From: a virus
Reading direction: 5' to 3' (one strand)
DNA length: 64,000 nucleotides
IMG/VR virus record: IMGVR_UViG_3300030390_002309
Span: 32,001 to 96,000 of that record
Shown here: piece after piece, positions 43,754 through 54,428 of the stretch
Position numbering within the stretch: the first letter of the stretch is position 1
How the letters are laid out: each line of letters begins with the position of its first letter
Program-made: the position numbers and the translations under genes
The notes under the pieces: model-generated
Databases searched by the model: none
Told to the model about the DNA's origin: nothing
The model's input: only the letters and a program-made list of their open reading frames with translations

Positions 43754-44595
43754 ATTACTGCACGCCCTTCTAACTTCTCCCAATCTTTTTCTGACCGTAC
43801 TTGGCAATTAGTTTCCCAAGCACCTTTCAATGTATTCATTTCTATACCATACACATCTCCTAATGATATAATTGCTTGTATATCCTTTGGAAAACAAGAT
43901 CCTCCAAAACCCATTTTCCCATCCGGTCCTGGTACTGATAAATGACTATGTCCTACTCTTCCATCTCTAACAAATCCATCAACTGCAGTTTGCCAATCAA
44001 CATTACATTTATCTGATAACATTTTCATTTCATTCATAAATGAAACTTTTGTAGCAAAAAAACAATTATTCATATACTTGATCATTTCTGCTGTTTCAAA
44101 ATTAGTTTCGATACATGGAACTGATTGACCAAATCTCCATTTATAGAGTTCAGCTATTTTATTAGTAAATTTAGATTCTCCTCCTAATATAAATCTAGAT
44201 TGATTGATAAAATCAAACTTGGCAGATCTCTCTGTTAAAAACTCCGGATTAAACACTAATGGTAAATTAGAGTATGCTTTTTGTAAGGCTCTCGTTGTTC
44301 CTGGTGTTACTGTAGACCTAATTAATATAATAGCATCATTTCTATATACATCGTCAATTGCATCCAGTGCCGATTTCAATATTCCTAGATGCATACTACC
44401 ATCTGGGTTAGATGGTGTTGGCACTGATACAAATATAACATCTGAATTGTTAACTGTATCATCTAATGTATGTGTACTTTTTGCAGGATCTTTATCATAA
44501 GATCTTAATTCTGCATCACAGCCAGTTTGTGGAGAGAACCCATACTCAACAGCTGTTCCTACAAATCCTCTACCTATTACTCCTATTCTTTTCAT
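43750..44595 (-). CDS. UDP-glucose/GDP-mannose dehydrogenase family (no C-terminal domain)
   Basis: GRGFVG, VSVPTP, RSTVTPG, NPEFL, GFGGSCFPKD. Confidence 0.9.
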   Translation of the reverse strand: MKRIGVIGRGFVGTAVEYGFSPQTGCDAELRSYDKDPAKSTHTLDDTVNNSDVIFVSVPTPSNPDGSMHLGILKSALDAIDDVYRNDAIILIRSTVTPGTTRALQKAYSNLPLVFNPEFLTERSAKFDFINQSRFILGGESKFTNKIAELYKWRFGQSVPCIETNFETAEMIKYMNNCFFATKVSFMNEMKMLSDKCNVDWQTAVDGFVRDGRVGHSHLSVPGPDGKMGFGGSCFPKDIQAIISLGDVYGIEMNTLKGAWETNCQVRSEKDWEKLEGRAVI

Positions 44596-44620
44596 GTTTA
44601 TTCTTTATATTATTAATATT

Positions 44621-45016
44621 TTACTTCCACAATATACCTTCCTGTTTTAAAGTTTGGTATGCTAACTTTGGCAATACTTTTTGATTAAATAATTCACGTA
44701 TTCTATCTTTATGGCTAGTTGGAGTTATCATATCATTAAATGATGAATCTGGATATCCTGTCAACTCTTTTAATGTATCCATATAATTAACATAACTTCC
44801 GACCTTTCTATCAAATTTATCTGATTCTGATATATTCTCCCAATATTCTAATTGATCCTTTAAAGGCCACATATCTATTGGAATATCTTTAGACTTTCTT
44901 CTATCTGATAAATGTTCTTTGTGTTTATTTTTTCTCTCTTGTTTCTGGATATATTTGTCCATAATATCCATAGACCTGTCTTTCGGAGACATTCCAATTG
45001 TTGATTTTTTACTCAT
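44621..45016 (-). CDS. Hypothetical protein
   Basis: ORF in gene string. Confidence 0.65.
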   Translation of the reverse strand: MSKKSTIGMSPKDRSMDIMDKYIQKQERKNKHKEHLSDRRKSKDIPIDMWPLKDQLEYWENISESDKFDRKVGSYVNYMDTLKELTGYPDSSFNDMITPTSHKDRIRELFNQKVLPKLAYQTLKQEGILWK

Positions 45017-45019
45017 TAT

Positions 45020-45877
45020 CTACCATTTTTGTTGTTTATATATGTAATCTGCTAAGTCTATCTTAGGCTCCCATGCTAATATCTCTGATGCTAGAGAATG
45101 ATCAGCTAAAGTATTTTGTGCTTCACCTGGTTTATCGGGTTGGTACCATGGCACTATATCAAATATTTTTGCTACTTCATTTATAGAATAATTTTTACCT
45201 CTTCCAAATTCAAAGTTATGTCCATATGCTTGTTGCTTCATTATTCTTATTAAACCATCTACAATATCACTTACATGGGTGAAGTCTCTACGCTTTTCTC
45301 CATCTCCGAATATATCACATGCTTTATCATTTTTAATATTATTCATCCAACGACCTATCAGTGTAGTGTATCCACCTTCAGTTAACTGATATGGTCCATA
45401 TACATTATAAAATCTAGCTATTGATGCCTTTAAGTTAAAATGAGTTTCATATAATTTAATTATTTCTTCTCCTACATCTTTAGTAAATGTATATGGATTT
45501 GAAAATTTACCTGCATGATGTGATGACGATCCTGCATATATCAAAGGTATATTATTATTAGCACAATAATTTACAACATTTAAAGTTCCATTTGCATTAG
45601 TAGTAAAATAATTCTTAGGATCTTCAAATGAAGGTTGTATCCTTGCAACAGCTGCCATATGGAATATTACATCTGGTTTAGAAATATCATTTACTAATCC
45701 ATCATATCCATCTATATCTCTAATATCATAATTATGATACTCACATCCATCTATATGATTTTCTTTTTTACCGGTAGTGTAGTTATCTATTGATATTACA
45801 TGATGTCCATCTGATAATAATTTCTTGATTAAGTTTGTGCCTACAAAACCAGCTCCTCCTGTTACTAAGATATGCAT
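45020..45877 (-). CDS. NAD-dependent epimerase/dehydratase
   Basis: TGGAGFVG, YTFTK, RFYNVYGP, RDFTHVSD. Confidence 0.9.
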   Translation of the reverse strand: MHILVTGGAGFVGTNLIKKLLSDGHHVISIDNYTTGKKENHIDGCEYHNYDIRDIDGYDGLVNDISKPDVIFHMAAVARIQPSFEDPKNYFTTNANGTLNVVNYCANNNIPLIYAGSSSHHAGKFSNPYTFTKDVGEEIIKLYETHFNLKASIARFYNVYGPYQLTEGGYTTLIGRWMNNIKNDKACDIFGDGEKRRDFTHVSDIVDGLIRIMKQQAYGHNFEFGRGKNYSINEVAKIFDIVPWYQPDKPGEAQNTLADHSLASEILAWEPKIDLADYIYKQQKW

Positions 45878-47064
45878 ATTAATTCCTTTTCATATGTTTC
45901 TAATTTAATTATTGTAATACGTAAATTTCCAAGATCAAAATTTCCTAGTTCTCCGCTATCATTAATAATAGCAGATATATTTTGAATATAATTAAGATCA
46001 TCTTGACTAAATCTACTACCATCTATCTCAATAAGTATTCCATTTTGTTTTTCATTATCATATGGAAGTACTCTATCTGATAAATTATATGAAGTAAATG
46101 GCTGTTCTATTGTAATATATTGCATCCTATTGTTATCTGTATACATTATACTACACCATGGTTCAAGAACTTTTAACAGTTCTAAATTAGCATTCTTTAT
46201 AATGAATCCAATGTCATACTTGGGAGGAATCATAGGTTTTAAATATTTATCATGTAAACAAAAATGTCCCCATTTTCTAATAAATTCTCTTGTTGATTTT
46301 TGATTTTGCTTTAACCATTCATCTGTCTCTCTATTCTTCATAAACACCTCACCATTCGGATTTCTTTTAGCTCCGTCAGCAAACCTTGAACCTCTACATG
46401 TCATATGATATACACATCCTCCCCATGTTTGTATAAATTTAATACCATTCAATTGAAACCTATTGAATATATCCGTATCTTCTTTTGATTGCGGAGCAAA
46501 TAATGGGTCATGGCCTCCTATCTCTTGAAAGTCTTTTTTATAAAATGCCCATGGTGCAAATATACCTTCTGTTACTTTTGTTGCTTGATTCATTTGTACA
46601 TCTTTGAACCACTCTAACATCTCTTGTTCTTTGAACTCTTCAGGCTCAATTCCAAAATCCATCAACATTTTCTCAGGCCCATCAGGGTGTAATGGCGGCT
46701 CTATTCTTGTAAGAGATACAATTGTTTTTTCTGTTAATTTATGCTCTATTTGATCTATTGCTCCGGGCATTAAATACATATCAGCATGATAGATCATACA
46801 AACTTCATGACTAGCAACTTCATTAACTAATCTATCATATAAAATTGTATGTCCTAATCTACTAGGTCCTTCATTTCTAATAGCTTTAAAATTAGAATCA
46901 ATTTGCATCATTTCTAAACACCAATCCCATGTTCCGTCATTTGAAAAATCATCTGCAACACAGATTTCTACTTCATGTTTACCTTGATTCTTTCTAATAG
47001 AATCATATGACCATTTAAGATATTTTAAATTGTTTCTGCCAGGCTGAATTAAACTTATTTTCAT
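45865..47064 (-). CDS. Glycosyltransferase family 2
   Basis: DDFSNDGT, HADM, EDTD; start re-picked at MKISLIQP. Confidence 0.85.
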   Translation of the reverse strand: MKISLIQPGRNNLKYLKWSYDSIRKNQGKHEVEICVADDFSNDGTWDWCLEMMQIDSNFKAIRNEGPSRLGHTILYDRLVNEVASHEVCMIYHADMYLMPGAIDQIEHKLTEKTIVSLTRIEPPLHPDGPEKMLMDFGIEPEEFKEQEMLEWFKDVQMNQATKVTEGIFAPWAFYKKDFQEIGGHDPLFAPQSKEDTDIFNRFQLNGIKFIQTWGGCVYHMTCRGSRFADGAKRNPNGEVFMKNRETDEWLKQNQKSTREFIRKWGHFCLHDKYLKPMIPPKYDIGFIIKNANLELLKVLEPWCSIMYTDNNRMQYITIEQPFTSYNLSDRVLPYDNEKQNGILIEIDGSRFSQDDLNYIQNISAIINDSGELGNFDLGNLRITIIKLETYEKELICIS

Positions 47065-47932
47065 GATAATGTTCTTTATAATTTTCTTTTGCTTTATTAC
47101 TACAATATAAGTAAAATTTTTCATCATTCCTAAGCTTTTCGGCTATTTGTTTGGCATGATGTATATCACCTACATTTACTGTACAATCTGGATGGCATAT
47201 CATTTGAGTATCTAGTCCTTCATATCCAATACATGGAATTCCTAGATATGCACAATTCAATGCAAATGTTCCAGCTGCATGGGTTCTCATTAGATGAACA
47301 CCATATTTTCTTTTACTCAATTCTGATATCCATTGTGTCCAATTCATATATGGTAAATGATTCAACGCCGGCATCTGTTCTTCACCTTCAATTTTTCTAC
47401 CCATACTTGGAATATATATTTGTTCATTAAATTCTTGAGCAACTATATACGAATCAAACCCACCATACCAATGACAGAAATTTCCACCCATCATGACACC
47501 ATCTCGGAGGTCATATGTATTACTAATATTATCTTCTATCATTAAACTACGCATAACCTTACAATCTTTTCCGGTCAGGCCACTAAAATACTTTTTATCA
47601 ATTTCATTATGGACAAATAAAAAGTCCATTTCCATTAATGTATTATAGAACCAAATTTGTTTATCTAATGGATAATCTTGGAAATACCAATGAGGTCCTT
47701 CTTGCATCGAAGATAGTTGGACACAATGTTTCTTAATATTATCAACATTAAACTTTGGATTCTTTTTTGGAATAATTACAATACCTAAGTCGTATTTTTT
47801 ATTAATGTTATTGTCATGTATATTATAATGGTCTGCACCTAGAGTACACATCCATGCATATTCTGTTCTCATATTAACATGGCTGCGAGGTACCTTACCT
47901 CCACTACTTTCTGAAAAGAATGCTATCTTCAT
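47015..47932 (-). CDS. Putative GT-B glycosyltransferase
   Basis: AGTFALNCAYLGIPCIG resembles the GT4 C-terminal motif. Confidence 0.6.
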   Translation of the reverse strand: MKIAFFSESSGGKVPRSHVNMRTEYAWMCTLGADHYNIHDNNINKKYDLGIVIIPKKNPKFNVDNIKKHCVQLSSMQEGPHWYFQDYPLDKQIWFYNTLMEMDFLFVHNEIDKKYFSGLTGKDCKVMRSLMIEDNISNTYDLRDGVMMGGNFCHWYGGFDSYIVAQEFNEQIYIPSMGRKIEGEEQMPALNHLPYMNWTQWISELSKRKYGVHLMRTHAAGTFALNCAYLGIPCIGYEGLDTQMICHPDCTVNVGDIHHAKQIAEKLRNDEKFYLYCSNKAKENYKEHYHENKFNSAWQKQFKIS

Positions 47933-48123
47933 AATCTATTTTTCATTTTTACTATTTTACCACATTTTTCATAATCTTCGATACTCTCAAAATATTTTAA
48001 TAACATTTTAGAGTTTTCATGATCATCGGGCAAATAAAATTTTACTTGTTTTGCTAATTCATTGTAAGTTGTTTCTCCTAACAATAATTTATAAGCATTA
48101 TTATATGACTCGTCTATATTCAT
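47929..48123 (-). CDS. Small UVR-motif protein
   Basis: YFESIEDYEKCGKI, similar to 28653-28895. Confidence 0.6.
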   Translation of the reverse strand: MNIDESYNNAYKLLLGETTYNELAKQVKFYLPDDHENSKMLLKYFESIEDYEKCGKIVKMKNRL

Positions 48124-49436
48124 ATTAAATTGCTGCTAGCCTGAAATCCTGTTTTCATTCCTTGTTGGAAAGGATATTTATTCTGTATCATATATTCATC
48201 TAATGGTGCTTTATATTTTCTGTTTTTCAAATAAGGATGTAGCCATAAAAATTCTTGTACAAGGGCTACGTCTAGAAATGGATATCTAGTTTCTATACCA
48301 TATGCGCCAGCAACATATTCTTCTTTATTTAGATATTGTATTTGAGTTCCATCATAAAAACTATGCCATGGAAATATCTTAGATAGATCATTAGGAAATT
48401 TTCCTCCAAAAGAACTATGATCATATATTTTATGTCCATTATATCCGTAATCACTTATTATCTCATCTGCACCTTGCCCGGATAGATATATCCTTCTTCC
48501 TTCTAAATTTGCCCTCGAACATATTGCACCTAATCCTACTGAAGCTTTATCATGTTTAATATTATAGTTTTTATATTGGTCATTATAAACAAAGTCTTCA
48601 CATATAGACTCTATATCAAGTTTAACATTATCAAACTCCGTTCTAGATAATCCTATTTTATCTCCTTCATTTAGTAATGCATGTCTTTGATCGATTATAG
48701 ACCTATCTTCATTAGATAATATTGTATATGCCTTATAATCTATTTTTTGAATTGTTAATGCACATGATATAGCACCAGAGTCATATCCAGCACTAAGTCC
48801 TAAAAATATTTTTTGAGATGTATGTTGTGTTCTTTTTCTAATAGAATTTTCAAATGCAATAATCCAATCATCATATGAGTCTTTATATTGTCTTAAATCA
48901 AATTCTTTAAGTTGTATTTGTTCTTTAATAGTAAAAGACTCTAAATCTAATATCGATGCATGATTGCCTGGTAATTTTTCTATTTCAGATAATCCACATC
49001 CTAATAAAGAACTTTCGTAAGACGCAATTCCCCATTCTTTACCATTAGTCCCCATCCATATAGGCTTTGTTGCAAAAACATCATTAATGACAATCAAATT
49101 TGATTGTTTAAAATCTACTATACATATTGCAAATTCTCCATCAAGTTTCTTAGCAAACTCTAACCCAAATTCTTTATATAAAGGTATTATACATTCACCA
49201 TCTGATTGGTATGTACCAAATTCATTGAAGTTATATATTTCTCCATTGAGAACACATACTATATCATCTTCTACAAATGGCTGTATTTTCTTAGTGCCAG
49301 TAATATGTAATAAATTATGTAAAAATTGTATACCGTTTATTTCTTTAATTTCAGTATGGTCTGGACCTCTTCGTTTAGAAAATTCATTTCCCATCTTTAA
49401 ATCCTTAGTACTATTTGTAACAGTAAAACTACACAT
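48120..49436 (-). CDS. asnB: Asparagine synthetase B-like amidotransferase
   Basis: N-terminal Cys, RGPD, NGEIYN, LSAGYDS, SGQGADE, ETRYPFLD. Confidence 0.88.
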   Translation of the reverse strand: MCSFTVTNSTKDLKMGNEFSKRRGPDHTEIKEINGIQFLHNLLHITGTKKIQPFVEDDIVCVLNGEIYNFNEFGTYQSDGECIIPLYKEFGLEFAKKLDGEFAICIVDFKQSNLIVINDVFATKPIWMGTNGKEWGIASYESSLLGCGLSEIEKLPGNHASILDLESFTIKEQIQLKEFDLRQYKDSYDDWIIAFENSIRKRTQHTSQKIFLGLSAGYDSGAISCALTIQKIDYKAYTILSNEDRSIIDQRHALLNEGDKIGLSRTEFDNVKLDIESICEDFVYNDQYKNYNIKHDKASVGLGAICSRANLEGRRIYLSGQGADEIISDYGYNGHKIYDHSSFGGKFPNDLSKIFPWHSFYDGTQIQYLNKEEYVAGAYGIETRYPFLDVALVQEFLWLHPYLKNRKYKAPLDEYMIQNKYPFQQGMKTGFQASSNLI

Positions 49437-50145
49437 ATCTTTTTACTTCTTGGCCAAATCCTCTTTCATATATACGTTTTTGGATTGATTCTTCAATTGT
49501 TTTATGTGCCGCACCCGATTTAAAATGAACTATTCGTACATCCTCATTCACATCTTCTTTTTTATAACATGAAACAATATGTTCTGGAATCAATCCTATA
49601 GATAAATGATTTTTAAATTCTAGATAAGCTTTACTCAACGCTGGACTTTCTTTCCATGGAGTAGATATAGTCGGAATTATATTTATCCACCTATCCATAA
49701 AATTTGGACATCTTCTATTAATAGATACATAACTTCCTAACATAGGAGTTTCATGTTCTGGCCTATTACATATCTGAATATCTTTGGTTTGATCAATCAA
49801 TGATGATATATCTTGTAACACTAGACAATCCGAATCTATCATAATGAGTGGTGTTATAAACCCGTATGTGTTTAATATTTCTCTCAATCCATATGTTTTA
49901 GCTACTACTGTATCTGTCCAATCTGTTGATGTATTTCCATTTTTAAAACTAGTTTTAACATCACTTCCAATAATCTTTATTTTGTCAAATTGTTGCAACC
50001 ACAGGATATCATCTTCCTTCAATCCAGCATCTAGTACAAAAATATAATTACATTTTTCTGAATTATGTTCTAGATATGATTGAATAAATATTTTACCGAA
50101 TATCATATAAGCAGAGTTTAGTACAGTATATATAGAATGTTTCAT
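49429..50145 (-). CDS. Nucleotide-diphospho-sugar transferase (GT-A)
   Basis: MIDSDC DxD motif; cluster context. Confidence 0.65.
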   Translation of the reverse strand: MKHSIYTVLNSAYMIFGKIFIQSYLEHNSEKCNYIFVLDAGLKEDDILWLQQFDKIKIIGSDVKTSFKNGNTSTDWTDTVVAKTYGLREILNTYGFITPLIMIDSDCLVLQDISSLIDQTKDIQICNRPEHETPMLGSYVSINRRCPNFMDRWINIIPTISTPWKESPALSKAYLEFKNHLSIGLIPEHIVSCYKKEDVNEDVRIVHFKSGAAHKTIEESIQKRIYERGFGQEVKRYV

Positions 50146-50813
50146 ATTAACTCTCCTAAGGTTTTAAACTCAATATTGATCTCAGGTGTAGTAGTCAAAT
50201 GATCTAGTGATAATCTCATTTGTTCATAGTTAGATTCATTCCAACAATTATCATTCCAGTCACCTGCTATATGAGATTGAAACATAATCCGGCCTTCATG
50301 TAACTCAATATTTGATTCATGGATACCATCTGCTCCATATAACATTTTACAATCCCATTGTAAATTATGATTATGTTCGTAATGTACCGCCGCATATTTA
50401 AAATTTGGTCCTAAACATTTAACTGATTCTGGATGTGCTAACCATCCTGGATTTCTCCATCCAATTGGTTTATGTCCTACAGCATTCCATTCATCCATCA
50501 TCATCTGTATTCTAGACTTGACTTTATCAGCAGTATCTAATTCATAAAATTCACATTCACCTATGTCCTTTCTTTCACACATATGAAAATGTCCATGGGC
50601 TGCTAATTCAAAATATTTTTTAGACTTTAACCAATCAATCCATTGTTTGTTTTCTGAAATAGGAAAACAGTTATGATAATTTGATGGTATGAATAATGTA
50701 AACTTAGCTCCAAATTCTTTATTAAGTTCTTCTAAATATGCCATACAATCGTCGCCTGGAATACCCCATCCCTTTTCTGGATGTATATCATCTATTGCAA
50801 TAGTTACTTCCAT
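50142..50813 (-). CDS. Polysaccharide deacetylase-like (DUF2334) protein
   Basis: IDDIHP, AAHGHFH, GWRNPGW. Confidence 0.8.
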   Translation of the reverse strand: MEVTIAIDDIHPEKGWGIPGDDCMAYLEELNKEFGAKFTLFIPSNYHNCFPISENKQWIDWLKSKKYFELAAHGHFHMCERKDIGECEFYELDTADKVKSRIQMMMDEWNAVGHKPIGWRNPGWLAHPESVKCLGPNFKYAAVHYEHNHNLQWDCKMLYGADGIHESNIELHEGRIMFQSHIAGDWNDNCWNESNYEQMRLSLDHLTTTPEINIEFKTLGELI

Positions 50814-51766
50814 ACGTCTTCCCATGTATATGATTTGTAATTAGTATTAAACATATTAAGATAATTTTGTTCACACATCTTATTTGCTTTTACATACCAT
50901 TCATTACTTCTTCTTTTTTCATTCATTGTACCATCTACTCGTTCGCCTTTAATATACATTCGTTTATTAGGATGATTTCTGTTATGTACTAATAAAATAT
51001 TTTTAATAACATACTGAGGTATATTACCTAATACTTTATTTGTCATATGCATGAATGCAGAATCTTCATGAACAAAGAAAACAGATTTAGGTATATTAAC
51101 TCCTGACTTGACAACTTCTGCTGATATAACTAATCCACAGCCGTTAAATTTATGTCGAGGTAATATTTTTACATCTAAATCTTCTGTCTTGCTATTTATC
51201 TTATTCATCTCATCTTTAGACATTGTGTACCTTAAACTCCACCAATGATCTGGTTTGAATTGTTCTGGTTTATCATAGAATGGTTTATCTGTAAAGTCTG
51301 GATGTTCTAGTTGTAGCCAACTATTATCCCACATCTTACATGTTCCAAAGAATGCTAAATATTTTGGATTGTTATTTGATAAAGATGTAGTATGAAGTTG
51401 ATCTAATATAACAAATTGCATTTTTGGTAATATGGCATCTGACTCGCCCCATATAAGAACATCTACATCTTCACAGTAGTTAGTATTAAATAATCTTCTA
51501 TAGTCGGCTATTGTATGCATTTTATTTTCAAATCTAACATTATCAAAATCTAATAAACAACTTCCTATTTTTTCAATACATTTATTTTTTTGTTCTGCAC
51601 TAATACAACTTTCTAACTGTTCATTGGTTACAATAGTAAAATCAACTACTACTTCTCCATCATATGATTTTATAGCATCCTTTAATGAATCTACATATTC
51701 CTCTATAATATCACATTCATACCATTGTACTAGACATCCTATTGCAAATTTAGTCTTCAAGTTCAA
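50804..51766 (-). CDS. Putative GT-A glycosyltransferase
   Basis: WGESD, HEDSAF; cluster context. Confidence 0.55.
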   Translation of the reverse strand: MNLKTKFAIGCLVQWYECDIIEEYVDSLKDAIKSYDGEVVVDFTIVTNEQLESCISAEQKNKCIEKIGSCLLDFDNVRFENKMHTIADYRRLFNTNYCEDVDVLIWGESDAILPKMQFVILDQLHTTSLSNNNPKYLAFFGTCKMWDNSWLQLEHPDFTDKPFYDKPEQFKPDHWWSLRYTMSKDEMNKINSKTEDLDVKILPRHKFNGCGLVISAEVVKSGVNIPKSVFFVHEDSAFMHMTNKVLGNIPQYVIKNILLVHNRNHPNKRMYIKGERVDGTMNEKRRSNEWYVKANKMCEQNYLNMFNTNYKSYTWEDVWK

Positions 51767-52499
51767 ATCTCTTTTTTATTATATCCCATGTATCACGCAT
51801 TAAATTATTTCTTAATGTTTTATCGAATCCATTAAAATGCCATAACCAAGCACAATCAATAAATAATGCTCCTTGCAAAACACCTCTCTGATGTAGTTGA
51901 GTAAAGTTCCATTTCTTGTTTAGATGTGTAATTGGATATCCTTCTCTACGTACTAAATAGTTAACAGGTGTCTGGTCCGATCCTTTTTTTAATGTATTAT
52001 GTTGTCTATTTCTTAACTCATCTTCATTTGCATAATAAAAATCTGTTATGGCCTTACATAATTCTTTATGTTTAGGTGACATCACTATAAATCCATTATT
52101 CATATATGTTGTCCAATCTAATTCTGTATTTGGAAACATATCTTTATAACCTACAATACTATTATGTACCCATTCTACCATCAAGTCATCATTTACTCCG
52201 GAGTATTCTCCATTTGTCTCATCAAAGAAATTTGGAGCTTCTGGGTGTATCATTGTATCAACATCTACTAATGCTACTTGATTATACTCAATATTATTTG
52301 CTTCTAAAATTTCAAATACATGCCATCTTTGCCAAGTAGGTTTCATAAATAATTTATCACGTAGCTCTTCTGATAAAATAAATAATTCGACATCATACTT
52401 CTTACACCATACTTGCCATGATTTAAGACACCATTCTTTATAATCTAATACATCCGGTGCTTCTTCAAAGCACGTCATAAATACTATATTTTTCTTCAT
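51750..52499 (-). CDS. Glycosyltransferase family 8-like
   Basis: VDVDT, YMNNGF, DQTPVNY, WHFNG; start re-picked. Confidence 0.8.
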   Translation of the reverse strand: MKKNIVFMTCFEEAPDVLDYKEWCLKSWQVWCKKYDVELFILSEELRDKLFMKPTWQRWHVFEILEANNIEYNQVALVDVDTMIHPEAPNFFDETNGEYSGVNDDLMVEWVHNSIVGYKDMFPNTELDWTTYMNNGFIVMSPKHKELCKAITDFYYANEDELRNRQHNTLKKGSDQTPVNYLVRREGYPITHLNKKWNFTQLHQRGVLQGALFIDCAWLWHFNGFDKTLRNNLMRDTWDIIKKRFELED

Positions 52500-52509
52500 A
52501 TAAACTTCT

Positions 52510-53139
52510 TTAGTGAAACGTACGTTTCCCATTAATATTAGTTGATGCCCAATCTCTGCCAACATCTTTAAATAAATCTAAAACACGCATATTGATACCA
52601 AATGTTGCTTCTGGCGAATCTCCTTTGAAACAACAAGCACGTTCTGCATTACCGCCATTATCAGGCATTACTTCATTATTTATTTTTTTATACATATACT
52701 TTTCAAATAAATCATTTGACCAAATTGATGGATTAAAGTTTAATTCATTTCTATTTACCAAACTTATATATGTACCATTACCTAAATCATTTATAGATAA
52801 TTTTTCTGTTGTAGTAAGTTTCCAATCATCTTCTAACCAAAAATATCCAATTCTTGGTTTAAATTTAAATCCTTCATTAATACACCATTTTACAGACTTG
52901 AACCAAGAGATTCTTCCGGCGGTTCTATCAGATGATGATACTTCTAGATCGATATTATCGCTATCTAAAATATTATATAAATTCTTTTTAGTTATCTCCG
53001 GATCTTCGTTTAGTTTATCAATACTAATAATCCATTTACATTTATAATTAGATATAAACTTTGGAATTTCTGATAATACCTGAGTATGTAACTCTGATCT
53101 AGAACATGCTGTAGTCAATATTACAAAATCATATTCCAT
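52510..53139 (-). CDS. Putative GT-A glycosyltransferase
   Basis: TTACSR, FWLEDDW. Confidence 0.6.
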   Translation of the reverse strand: MEYDFVILTTACSRSELHTQVLSEIPKFISNYKCKWIISIDKLNEDPEITKKNLYNILDSDNIDLEVSSSDRTAGRISWFKSVKWCINEGFKFKPRIGYFWLEDDWKLTTTEKLSINDLGNGTYISLVNRNELNFNPSIWSNDLFEKYMYKKINNEVMPDNGGNAERACCFKGDSPEATFGINMRVLDLFKDVGRDWASTNINGKRTFH

Positions 53140-54368
53140 TATCGTCCAATTCTAATAACTTCTACATTGTCTTGATCTTGAATCATTCCCCATGGATCTA
53201 ATACTACTGAACCAGCTGGAAATTTGTAATCTAAAAATTTATCATGATTAGTTCCAATGAAATAACATCTTGTATCTAATTCAAGTACATACTCATCTAC
53301 CCATGGGTCATACATATCAACTTGTTCTGACCTTTCTTCTAATAAATTTTTAAGAAGAATTGAAGGACTACCTACTGTAAGATTTGTTTCTTTTTTGAAA
53401 CACTTACCTAGAATAGTTAATAACAAATCTCCTCTATGTTCTTGAATTAAATCAGCTAGCCAATCTGTTTGGTCTTCCCTACATATCATCAAGTTTTCAT
53501 ACCAATCATAACTCATATCTAATTTTTGAGCTAACCATGATAAAGCAATATTATCTCTTGGATGACATCCTCCTCCATCGCCCATACCTCCTAAAAGATA
53601 TTTTGGACTCATCAATCTCTCATTAGCCAAAAACAATCCTTTCATAACATTATCACAATTTACATTTTCTAATTTATGTGCAGCCTCCATAACAACATTT
53701 GCTAAACATATCTTCATTGTAATATAAGTATTATATGTTACCTTAATCATTTCAGCTTCTTCTATAGAACATTTATAAACTGGTTTACTATGTATTGTAG
53801 CATAAAATTCTTTTGCTTTATTATATGCATCTTCATCATCCATTCCAAATAGTACAAACTCAGGATTTTCAAAATCATTTCTAGTAGTACCCATTGCTAT
53901 AAAGAATGGATTATAACATAACTTAACATGTTCATTAAGTAATGGCTTAATTTCATTACGAATTGTCCCGGGCAAAACTGTTGATATAATTACAACTATT
54001 TTGTCCTCACCTTGTTTTTTAATTTCTTTTGATAATGTATCCATACCTGCTTTAAGATATGAATAATCAAAGTCAACTCTTTCTTCTGGTATTCTTGTGG
54101 TACCTTCAAATCTTTCATCATGAGGTGTTTGAATAGGTACAAATATAATATCTGAGTTAGATACTACTTCTGATACACTAGACCAAGCAATGTTATGATC
54201 TTTTAGTAACTCTGGCGAACCTTCTTCTCGGTACGGCATATGTTTTGTATCTAAAATATCCTTTACTGCTGGACTAATGTCATATCCAAAAACCTCATGA
54301 CCTTTACTATCAGCTACTAATGCACATGGCAGGCCTAATTTTCCTAAGCCTATAAATCCTATTTTCAT
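53139..54368 (-). CDS. ugd: UDP-glucose/GDP-mannose 6-dehydrogenase family
   Basis: GLGKLG, STVLPG, GGGCHPRD, LGKCFK. Confidence 0.88.
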   Translation of the reverse strand: MKIGFIGLGKLGLPCALVADSKGHEVFGYDISPAVKDILDTKHMPYREEGSPELLKDHNIAWSSVSEVVSNSDIIFVPIQTPHDERFEGTTRIPEERVDFDYSYLKAGMDTLSKEIKKQGEDKIVVIISTVLPGTIRNEIKPLLNEHVKLCYNPFFIAMGTTRNDFENPEFVLFGMDDEDAYNKAKEFYATIHSKPVYKCSIEEAEMIKVTYNTYITMKICLANVVMEAAHKLENVNCDNVMKGLFLANERLMSPKYLLGGMGDGGGCHPRDNIALSWLAQKLDMSYDWYENLMICREDQTDWLADLIQEHRGDLLLTILGKCFKKETNLTVGSPSILLKNLLEERSEQVDMYDPWVDEYVLELDTRCYFIGTNHDKFLDYKFPAGSVVLDPWGMIQDQDNVEVIRIGR

Positions 54369-54395
54369 TTGTTTTCCTTTTTATTTTTATTAATA

Positions 54396-54427
54396 TTAAT
54401 ATAATAATTTATTTTCATTATTCCTAA
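54396..54427 (-). promoter_or_regulatory. sigmaA-type promoter (TTAG-N20-TATATTAA) inside the glycan cluster
   Basis: Repeat family member. Confidence 0.55.
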
Positions 54428-54428
54428 T

